Below are positions 13,788 to 24,686 of a stretch of 64,000 nt of DNA, piece after piece. The position numbers were made by a program, and so were the translations under genes. Within the stretch, counting starts at the first letter, position 1. Each line of letters starts with the position of its first letter. The stretch comes from Vicugna vicugna (Eukaryota), in NCBI GenBank assembly GCA_013265495.1, contig MU058781.1, positions 6,166,522-6,230,521 of the forward strand. The letters are read 5' to 3'. The notes beneath the pieces were generated by a model. That model saw nothing but the letters and a program-made list of their open reading frames with translations, did not search any database and was not told the DNA's origin.

Positions 13788-16239
13788 GGTTCTCCAAGAG
13801 TTCATCCAAATTGGCACTAGTGCTGGAGGAGAAAGGAACCTGTCCTTACTGCCACTTCTTTACTTCTAGAAGGGGTCAAGAAGGTACCTCCTCTTCCCTC
13901 TCCACACCACTGCCTTGCACCCAGTCAGCCCCTAAGGTTTACCCTGGAGGCATCTGGGGGGTATGGTGAGGTTGTGGGGTGGTCAGGGCAGGTAAGTTGG
14001 GGGAGGAGGAGGGGGGATGGTTATCATGGGTCCCCTTTTCCTCCATCATGTTCCGCCATGAATTTGAACCAAATGAAATAAGACCAAAGGCCATTGATCA
14101 AACTATCTCTGTGTAAAATAACAGCTGGTTTTAAGACTAAGCCAGGCATTGTGCTCACATGGCCTGGCTTCTCTGAGGAGCCTAGTCCTCTGGCAGGGCT
14201 CTCTCACCATCTCATCACCCAGATCATTCGCACAATTGCAGGCCCCCTTTGGGTAATCAGAGGAGAAAAAAAGCACACCTGCAGAAGGCAAGGCAAGGAA
14301 GTCCCTGATGGGCTGCCCAGAATTAAATACCGGAGGCCTCACCACCTAGAAAAACAAGGCATACGACCCCTCTGTCAGCCTCAATCGCAGGCATTTGTTG
14401 GGAGCAAGGATTTGCAGCGCAGACCCGAATTGTTCCAGCCTCCAAAGCAGCAGCCAGGCCTTAAATGGAACCGCTGTCTGTGGTACCTTTTGACAAGAGC
14501 TGGCAAGCTGAGCTTTTCTTTGAAATGTAGACGGAGGTAGGGGGAACGGTGGTGGGGGGGGGCATAGGGCTTTCCAGCCTGGGTGAGCTGCAGGGCTCAC
14601 CCGTCATGTCATCGTCAGGATGGAAACTGCCTTTGGTAAGTTACCAAGTGAGGGAGAGAGGAGTCAAAGTCTCCACAGCGGAATTCATTGTGAAGTGCCA
14701 AGATTTTGCAAGAAGAAAGCATTCTGACGTGTCCCGTTGTGCACGCCACGTCTCTGTTACACGGAAAAAAAGCTTTCATTTTAAATGAGAAAACCGTGAC
14801 CCACGATTTGAAAATATCCTGCCCTGCACTGCCCTCCCTGGAGACACATGAAAGTCTTGAAGTAAAAATGTTTCCACTTATTTTCACATCTTTGCAGGGG
14901 CTGCACCTTCCGTCACACATTCCCTCCGATATTACTCGCCAGCAGCTTAAATGGGCGTTATTAACATGAATGAACGTGCTTTCCTAATGGCTGGGTCCTG
15001 GATGAAATCAGCTGTAAAGCCCAACAGACAGATGAAGAAAAGCAATGGATCAATTTTGCCTTCATCTAAAAGAAACTGGGATGGTCCGTGCAGTTATGAA
15101 TATGGGGGCTGATTTTCGGGGAAAACAGGCTGAATCCTGCCCACAGGGAAATTTCACAAAGGCGCTCCAAGTGGAAAACCCAAGTCTGCGACCTCGAGGA
15201 ATTGCACGAATGTATCACAAGACGAGGTTTGGCCCAATGCCTAGAAGCCGATGAGGTCACAAAACTCATTACTGAGAAAATAAGCTGTGGACCGGGCTCT
15301 CTCTCTGCCACTTTCCACGTGGAATGGAGAGCTCTTCCTCGTCTCTCCTGCCCCCACCTCCAGTTATTAGGAGGAAAAACAGGATTTGCAGGAGTGTAAC
15401 TCATGCCAGCTTACAAAGATGGGACACCTACTCCCCCATCCCACACCCCGACTTTGGTTGTGGCTCATCCTGCTCTGTCTGGAGGCATCTCAGCAGTTAA
15501 TGAGAGTGATTCAAATGATCCTACTCCAATTCCGGCTATTTTAAGATCCTTCGCTTTTCTTAGCCACGGATTCTTCTGTCTAAATCTGCCCGACTGAATT
15601 GGAAGCTGCCCAGAATCGTCTTCTTTGGAAATTACATTTGTGCATCTAGGGTATATTTGTCGTTCCGCCCACGCTCAAGCCACTTTCTGAGAAGTGCAGA
15701 GCAAGTCATGTGACAGTCATCAGTGTATTTGCACCCTTTTTTGTTTAAAAACATAATCTGCATTACAAATTGCACCAATTCCTGTATGTAGTAAGTCATC
15801 ATTCAATAAAAAGCCCAAATGTATGCCTGTCACATTCAACATAATAAACTGCAAGTAAATACATCTTTTCTTAGTCCAAATCAGTCAGTAAATGATGTCT
15901 TTATTTTCTCTGTTAGGCACCAAGTTTGCAATCAGCTTTATTCTTGATTCTCTCAGGCCAAGCCCGCACAGCCTAAGAGCCGCGGAAGAGCATGCTTTTG
16001 TCAGGAGCATTTCGACCTCTAAGGGCAGGAACGTGGCCGAAGCAATCCATTTCTCCAACTCACTTTGTTTTACTGCTTCATCACTCCAGTATTATCAACA
16101 TCTTCATCATAACCCCCAGCGAGAAAAGATTTACCACAGTGTCTGTATGTATCTGAGGCAATGCTATAATCCAGACAGGACCCTGTTTCCAGCCTGCTAC
16201 AGATGAGTTTGCGATTTACAAGGGAGCGAGGTAGAAAAG

Positions 16240-16590
16240 AAACCCTTGTGCTTTAAAGCAAGACAAAACTGGGTTAGGACTGCAGTCTTATGCCATGCAT
16301 TGGATAGCTGTCTTTGGAAATATTATCTAACCTCTGAGAGACTCCGTTTTCTCAACTACAATATGAGGGTAACAGGTACCTTACAAGATAGATGTGATGA
16401 CTTTAAAATTCATGTGTGTACAGAGAACTATATCCAGTAGCTTGTAATAACCTATAATGAAAAATAATATATATGTATAACTGAATCACCATGCTGTACA
16501 CCAGAAACTACCACAACATTGTAAATCAACTATACCTCAATTAAAAAAAAAAAATCCATGTGCTAGGTACACAGTACCTGCTCAGTTAAG
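16240..16590 (+). mobile_element. MIR SINE interrupted by a short L1 3' end
   Basis: MIR core (aacctctgagagactccgttttctcaactacaatatgaggg) resumes after the insert. Confidence 0.6.
16417..16550 (+). mobile_element. Severely 5'-truncated L1 3'UTR with poly(A)
   Basis: tgctgtacaccagaaact...aatcaactatacctcaatt followed by an A run; TSD aaaattcatgtg (16405-16416) / aaaatccatgtg (16551-16562). Confidence 0.85.
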
Positions 16591-16829
16591 CTTTAACTAG
16601 CAACAGAGACATATTCTTATGGGAAAAGGCAAGCCAGCCAGGCTATATTCACTATGAACGTGTTATTAGTGATTATAATACTGGCTACCACGGATCTCCT
16701 TTAATTCTGTAATGAGCAAGGTTGACTCATCATTTCCATTTTATAAATGAAGGAAATGAGATTGCAGTAGTAAGCCAGATTTTTTGCTTTAAATTTGGAT
16801 TCCTTTTTCACAAAGATCATGATCACTCC

Positions 16830-17540
16830 ACTGCCCACGCCTTGTCCTTCAAACAATTCAAGCTTATTTCTGCCTTTGGATCCTTATACTAGCTGATTTC
16901 TCTGCCTAGAAAATTCTACCCTCAGTTTTTCACATAACTGATAGTACTTCTCATTATTTAGGTTTCAACTTAAACGCTCCCTCCTCAGAGAAGTCTTCCT
17001 TGATTACTCTATTTAACGCAGGTTCCTCATCTCAGCTAGACTTAGGTCCTCCTTGGCACCTTCTACCTTTTCACTCACCTGGGGTCCTCCCAGCAGTGCA
17101 AGAGTCATGTGACATAATGGCTAAGAATGTGGGCTCAAGAATTAGGTGGTCTGTGTTTAAATTCCAGTTTTACCCCTTACCGGCAGGATGACCTTGGTAA
17201 GTGATGTAATATTTCTTTCTGTGCCTCAGTTTCCTCATCTATAAAATGAGGATGATAATGTCAGTAGCAGCATAAAAGTGTTAGTGGGATTAAGTGAATT
17301 AACACATGTAAAGGATGTAGGTCAATGTCTGAGGCAGAGTAAACATTCAGTTACTGTTCATTAAGCTTTTATGGTTACATCACACACCTTGTTCTTTGAC
17401 ATTATCTTAGCTCTTTGTGTTGGTTTATCATCATCCTCACTGCAGAGAAGGCATGGAGCCTGCCTGTCTTACTCGCCACTCTGTCCCCCGCATCTAGAAT
17501 GTAGGGTCCTGATGCATACATGTTTTTAATGGATGAAAGA
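16830..17540 (+). mobile_element. L2 fragments interrupted by a MIR (~17090-17360)
   Basis: L2 motifs (ctcctcagagaagtcttccttga; gcagagaaggcatggagcctgcctgtctt) flank the MIR core (tctgtgcctcagtttcctcatctataaaatgagg). Confidence 0.7.
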
Positions 17541-18261
17541 ACGTTAGGTTTGTGTATATTGGAGACCTGTGAGCAAAGGTGTGCTGAGAAAGAGGCAAGG
17601 GCAGGGCTGATGCGTGTTTAGGTAGGATAGTTTCTGGGGACTTTCTGATCTGTTTCACTGTATATCATGCATGTATTCTCTCAGTGCCTTCCAAAGCCCC
17701 CTGTTCCCCTCTGATCTCTCTGTGCAGTCATGCCAAGATCTCATCCAACCAGCACCTCCACATGTGTGCTCATGATCCTGGGTGTAACTTCATAAACTGT
17801 CACAACTCAGGAAGAAAAAGTCATGTTGAACCCCCTAGAAATCATAGCAGATTTTATGGCTACTCAAGAAAGGCGAGCAGTGGGCCAACTCTATTTTTAA
17901 AAAAATCAGTATCCCCATAAAAATAGAGCAGGATCCAGAAAGTGAGCAGAAAGAGTTACTTCGGCCAGACACTTTCCTTCACACATACACACTCTCACAC
18001 CACGAAACACGGACTCTCACATTCAACACACACAACCTTGACAGCTCTATGCTTTTCCATCCATGACTGGAATCTGTACAGGCTCACAGAGGTTGTCCAA
18101 TTTGATTACTCACCAAAGGCATGAAGCCCGACCAGGTGGTCCTCACACCTTTACCTCCATCTCTTTACCTGGCCAGACGGCCACAGTGCCTCATCCATCA
18201 CCATGTCAGTTACCAGTGCCCTCCTGGTTGTCTCCTCTGTATATTACCACTTGGTTACACC

Positions 18262-18381
18262 CAGGGTGACCTGTGTCCCTGTTTGTCTAGGACAGCCCTA
18301 GTTTACATTAACCTCGAGTAAATACCAGTGGCCCGGCTTTTCAAAACTGTCCAGTTCAGACATTAAGTTATATAGTCTTTA
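18262..18381 (+). mobile_element. MER94-like hAT-Blackjack MITE
   Basis: cagggtgacc...gtccctgtttgtctaggacagccc...aagttatatagtc. Confidence 0.65.
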
Positions 18382-19269
18382 AGGCTCAGAAGATGATGCC
18401 AAAATCCCACTGGGCCTCATTTCTACTGCTCTCCAAAAGAGTTCCTGAAAACGGCCATCCAGTGAACCTTCTAAATCAACAGTAAGCTAATAATGTTAGG
18501 CTGTCCCAGTTCTAAAAAGAGGGCAAAAGGGAGGAATGTTAAGGTACTGGAGGTTATGGGGAAAAGTCAGAAGGCAGATGAACTGTAATAAAATGTCATG
18601 AAATATAAGAAAACAGAAAAATTGGAGTCTGACTTCCTTCAGCTTCTTTATGCTAAATACATAAGTAGGTGTATTCTGCTGTTTAGAATAGGTGCCACCC
18701 TGGAAAGCTGCCTGTAAAATACATTTCTGTTTATGGTAGCTTATGTTCCTGTTGAATCTCAGCTTAAAATATGTTGTTCCGTGTTTATACATTCTCCTGG
18801 AAAAGGTGGACTTAAAAGTCTAATAAGCTTGAACCTAAGCGTGGCCAGGGTGAATACCTACACAGGCTGGGGTGCAACTGCGTGCATCAGCTCTTCCCCG
18901 AAGTGCACATCCTTGACACACAGCACGCTCACTTGCACGCTCACGGCAAGAGGTCTAGAAGTTCAGTATAACAGCTCCCCAAGGCTCTTTCATTAGTGTT
19001 CTCACCTCCTGAGTAAGACCCCAATTCTTTGAAGCAGGACATAAGCTTTGTTGTTTTTCTTACTTTTAATTCTATTTGTCTTTTGACAGGAATAAAACAT
19101 GAAGACAATCTCCATGTAAAATATTCAAGCGGCAGCTTGTACTTTTCTTGTCTGCCTCAAAAGATCCTGCCCTTGCTGGGCATAGATTAGGTAGGTAGGG
19201 AAATGTCAGTTTAATAAACAGTGTGTCGTCACTCGGCATGTTTGAAAATGCTCTGAGTTAATGTTCAGT

Positions 19270-20024
19270 TAAAAGATTTTATCATGAAATAAATCACACA
19301 CAAAAAAGAGTGTATAAAACATCTGTGCAAAGAATAAACTATACTAATAAGGTGTGTAGCATTTAAACGGTACTCATAATATGAATGCTCACTTGTCCAG
19401 CTTAAGCGACAGAATTTTCAATACCTTAGAACTTCTCTTCCTTGACATATAAAACCATTCTGGAATTTTTGTTGGAATTTTGTTGATACAATAGCTACAT
19501 ATCCTTTTATTGTTAAATAAAATATAGATATAGAAAATTACACGTGTGTATAGCCTCATAAGAAATAATTTTAAGGTAAAGAAAAAAATTTGCCAGCCAT
19601 TCTAAAATTTCCTCCATGTTCCCTCCCCCCCAAAAAGCAACCACTATCTTAAATTTTATAGCAATCACCTTCTTCAGATTCTTTCTGATCCAAGTGTAGT
19701 CTTGTCTATCTTTTCAATATTTATATACTGTAAAATTAACTTTTTGGTTATACAGTTCATTGAGTTATAACACACATGTATTTATATAACCACCACCATA
19801 ATCAGGATACAGAGTACTTCCATTCCCCACCCTCCCCCCAAATTCCTTCATGCTATGCTTGGTCAAATCTTCCTCTGCCCCTGACAACCACTCGTCTCAT
19901 CTCTCTCTCTAGAATTTTGCCTTTCCCAGAGTGTAATATAAATGGAACAGCATGGCCTGCAGCCCTGAGACTGGCTTCTTTTACTCAGCATAATGCACTT
20001 GAGATTCATCTACATACTTGGTAT
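19270..20024 (-). mobile_element. Old L1 (L1MB/MC-type) 3' end; left part of the provirus host
   Basis: Antisense L1 3'UTR motifs (tggcttcttttactcagcataatg...gagattcatc). Confidence 0.75.
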
Positions 20025-20491
20025 TGTTAGCAAATGCATGTTCGTGTGCCTGACACAGTGAGGCCAAACAGTTCCTGGAACTTCGGAGTTTGGAGCAGAG
20101 AAAGGTTTATTGCAGGGCCAAGCAAAGAGAACTGTGGCTCAGAGAATGAGTGGCTCATGCCCAAAAAACCCCAAGCTCCCCAAGGGTTTCAACTGAGCCT
20201 TTTTAAAGACCAGCTGAGAGGCGGGGCAGCCCAGGGCCTGTGATCAGCTGTGCACAATTCTCTGATTGGTTGATGGTGATCAATTCTTGGGCATCGGAAG
20301 GTCTGGGGGCTACATGCTCATAATCATCAGGTAGTTAATGTCTCCCATTTGGTGGTGGTTTTTAGCATCTGAAAAACTCAAGGAATATGCATAAGATATT
20401 ATGATCTGGGTCCTTCAGAGAAGAGCTGCAACAGAGGATATGGGGGCGCGGTCTTTCCCAGGAAAGCCCCACAGGGTCCTGTTCAGTTACA
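20025..20491 (-). mobile_element. 3' LTR of the provirus (467 bp)
   Basis: Minus strand starts TGTAAC and ends TAACA; AATAAA on minus (tttatt at 20106-20111); adjoining PPT gttccccccttttct from 20492 (minus: agaaaaggggggaac). Confidence 0.9.
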
Positions 20492-20797
20492 GTTCCCCCC
20501 TTTTCTTTGATACTCCTCAATTTTGAGGAGAACAGGCATTGGACAAGAAGAGCAATCATATTTTGGATAGACAAGTTGATCATAAACTCGGTGGAGGAAC
20601 TTGGTTTTAATGTCCAATCCTGTTTTACCCTTCCCCGAATATTTCAAGGAATGAGGTGACAGCCACTTCTGGCTACTTCTTGCTGAAATGGGGCATACCC
20701 TTACCTCAATTTGGGGAATGGACGAGTTGGAAAAATTTCCAAGTTCTAAGTTCTGGATCTGAGTCTTGTATGATTAAGATCACATTCCCTGAAGAAT

Positions 20798-21031
20798 TCA
20801 GGAGAATAAGCCTGAAAACCAGCCTGGACCTGGCACTTTGGGGGAGACTGGTAGCCAGGTAGCCAGCTGTCTACTTTTATCTGAGTAGATTTTAACTTTT
20901 GATGTGGTATTAGCATATATATAATAAGAACTATTGGTCACTACACGTCTCCTTTTTTCTGCTAACATCTGATCTAAAGCAATTTTATTGTCTAAAAATT
21001 TAATGGCTACAAGAGGAGACCTGGAGGGCAT
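20798..21031 (-). pseudogene. Decayed gammaretrovirus-type env TM subunit (immunosuppressive domain)
   Basis: Translation ...FLDNKIALDQMLAEKRRRVVTNSSYYIYANTTSKV...RQLATWL resembles the CKS-17-type LDNRxALDxLLAExGGVCxxxxxxCC...QATWL pattern, with the cysteines lost. It lies where env is expected, upstream of the PPT. Confidence 0.8.
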
Positions 21032-24000
21032 AAGGTTGAAGCTGCCATCTGCCAGCAGACACTGCTTTGAGAATGGCTGCTGGTGTCCTGAATGTGATAA
21101 AGCTCAGAAAATTCACATTCTCAACAACACAGGAATGTGCCTGAAATCACGTCCACAACAGTCACCCAGCTCTACCCTGGATGTCTAAACCACAGCCACT
21201 CCACTCAGACTGTCAAATGCATTCCCCTCCTCAAGGCAAAGCATATGCACAATGTGTGTCCCAAACACCATAGAACAGGCCGCCCTGGTCGGCAAAGTCC
21301 CAGCTGAACTGTGTACAAGCCAGAATGACCTCCCCACACCTCAATACATGCAGGTCCATTCCATCAACTCCCCTCCTGACCGAAAATCCTTCAGAAGAAA
21401 GCACTGATGATCAAAATATCTGTCCCTCGATGCTGGGGTGCTAGCTCCTGCCCCAGGTTCAGATCATGTCCTGTGGTGATAGGCCTCCTTTATACTTGTC
21501 TAGTTATCCATGTTGGGGGAAAACGAATCAGACATGAACAGGATCAGAGATATGTCAATGGGGACACACTTTATAGACCATCTATTTTATCAGTTACACC
21601 CAGTTGTTACATAAGCATAGTACGCATGCTTTTAGCAACAGACATGAAGCAAGCAGTCATACATCATGAGCAGTCATACTCTGCGACAACTCCATTAGAG
21701 AATTCTCTTTCTATCCTAAATATTGGGGCCAATATTGATAGGAAGACAAATATTTGGTAAATGGTTCAATTAGAAAACATTGATTAAAAGTCAGTAATAT
21801 TTCAGTCAAAACCAAAAAGTTGTGACTATATTCATAAGTTCATTCAATCCTTTTTACGAATAGTTTTATGGAAATCAGTTTATTAGGCTTTTAAAGTATT
21901 ATACCCAGATCGGCAGTATAATTTAAAAGAAACCTGTGCTTGTCAAAAAGTCCTTTTTATGAACCTTCTTGAAGATGAAGCAGTTTGCAAAGCATCAGGT
22001 TAACTATCTATGAATAACAAAAAAAACCCCAAAAGGTAAGGTAAAGGATTTGATTACCAGGTTTTTGACAAAGAAGTTTGATCAAGTTACTGTGACATAC
22101 AACATCCCAAGGTAACAACCAGGATCATGACTGACAGCATTATACCAAAAGACAGTCAAATCTCAGAATCTATGTCATTTCTAGAATATCTATATTAATA
22201 GCATCTATCCATATGATACAATCTGAGGGGGTTTATCACTCATTTGACAATGCTTCCCATGCAATTCAACATGCCAACCAATCCTAGTTCAACATTTTTC
22301 TGAGAAGTCTCAGGGACCCTCTGAAGCATCCCAAAGTCAGCTGAAGACAGAAGAAGTTTAATTAGAATTTGATAGGAAGTTTGCCAAAAAGATCACAGTT
22401 TCACACAATTTGTTATCAGAAGCATATCAAGTAAACTTGTTCTCTTAACAGAAAAGAACCAAATCTAGCCTGGCACCAGACTACTTTTAATAACAAGATC
22501 CATTTACCTAATTAGGCTTACTCATCTCAGTCCAACGATGCACAAAACTCCTTTTTGGGGGCTCCCTTTCTACAAATTTTCCACAACTTTCTGTATCCAC
22601 ATTAGTTTGGCCCTTATTTTTTTCCCCCATCCAGAAACCACCAGCTCTAGGACCAAATTAGTCTCCTTTTCCTTCACAAAACGCAATTCCATTCCTCATA
22701 CCCTTCTTTACTCAAAACATATATCCTACTTTCCTACCGTATGCTGAAATGTTTCCCTCATTACTTTTAGTAGCTTTAATTACATATTTGAATTAGAATC
22801 CTCAACTCTTGAAAAGATCTTAATTTCTAGTGAATGTTTCAGTACCTTATTTTGTTTCAGAATGACCTACCTATTCAACTATTCAATATACTTCCATCAT
22901 TTAACTTAAATTAGCACAACTCTAAAATTTCAGGTTCCCAAATATCTGGAGAGATCATTTTAAGTAGACATTCCTAAAACCTAATCATTTCTAAAGAGTT
23001 CACCCCAAAGCTCTTATCTCATTTGCATTTAATTTAACTATGAGAATTTCATCATTCCAAGTTAATCTTTTTCTTTCTGCTGACAAATTCTGCAACAGAA
23101 ATGAACTTATTGACCTTCAGTAAACCTAGGTACAAAAAAAGACACTTCTGTGTTGATTATACCAACAAGATTAAGCTAGCTTTAACATCAAATATTAATT
23201 CAATATTGACTATCTCCTAGATCATGTAAACCTGAAATTTGTTCTTTTTTTAATAATTAGAAGTATTTCATTTGTAAGCAAATTTTTTACTTTTACTTTT
23301 AAGTCAACAGAGCTCATTCACAAGTTAATTTTTACATAAAGACAGAACCAGGGATCTCGCGGTTTTTCTGCTTGAGTTTAAAAAAAAACTGTTTCCCTTG
23401 AGAGCTCAGGTAGCCCATGTACGTCTCAGATGCACAGGAAGAAAAATGCAAATTTCTCCTTTAACTGCTTTTACAAAACCCCACCATCTTAATTTATTTG
23501 TTATACATATAATTTGCTCACATTCACATGCTTTATTTTCAGCAAAACCAGGAAAAGCAAACAGGATTTGGCCTCAGGTACCAAGACACTGACAACACTC
23601 ACATACACCACCAAAATAAAAACTGATTATTTCCTTTCATTCATGGGAGCACAGCTAAAGGTCTCCCAGTTTTGCAAAAATACACCAGGGGGCAATAAGA
23701 TGGAGTAGAGCTCTGAATATCCAAAATAATTATTCACAACTGGTGTTGTCAAATATCAAGCAAACCAATGCAATGCAAAACGGTCTCAGGATCACAGGTC
23801 CCTAGCCCCAGAAAAGGAGACTCCCAACCAACGCTCCAGCAGTCCACAAGGGGTGAACCCCAATCAATGCCCCACCAGAGATGAAGCTGAATGAAAGACC
23901 AGGGCTAGAAAGGGAAAAACCCAACCAACACAACAGGAAAGGATACCCTGGTGTATCACATGCGAGCCCTTTGCTCACCGAAAACGTCTCAACCGGCCAA

Positions 24001-24686
24001 TGCAAGTATTGATACACACACATACAAATAAATATGGTCCCACCAACAAAAGGTCAGTTGAGATATAGCCCCCAAATTCCACTTCCACTCCCAGAGTGGC
24101 AGAGCTCCCAAAAGAGAATGGACCCTGAGTGGCTTCCAATGAGCCCAGAATGGCTCACTTCCCAGAAGGGAATGAGCCCAGGTGAAGCAGGGAGAATTTT
24201 CCCAACCTGTGCAAGCAGCAGTGGCTCACTCCAAAACTACACACACAAAAATACAAACAACAAATTAGCTACAGTCACAAAAAAACCCAGAGAATATCCC
24301 CAGAGAATATCTAAATTGTCCACTTCCACTCCCAGACGGAGGCCTCCAAATGGACTGGCCCAGCTCTTGAAACAGACCCAGAGTGGCTCGTGATGAGCCC
24401 AGAGCAGCTCATGTCCCAGTGGGAATGAGCCCAGATAGAGTGGAGAGAATTCCCAGCCTGTGGAAGCTGGAGCGACTCACCCCTAGGCGACACCGACTGC
24501 GGACCGTAGCTCTGGACGTTTCTGAACTCCAAACAGCTTCGTGCAAGGGCGGCCGGTGTCTGTCAGGGAGACTCCCTCCTGGTTCCCCAGAGTGAAGTGT
24601 GCTCCGGCAGCGGCTGGGACCCAGGGAGGCCGCTGGCGTCAACAGGCCACCGGCGCCGACTTCTCCCCTACAGGCTTTACCAAAAT

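Noticed and set aside
14094..14540. 148-aa ORF
   Set aside because: It has a non-ATG start, no recognisable domain and no supporting exon structure.
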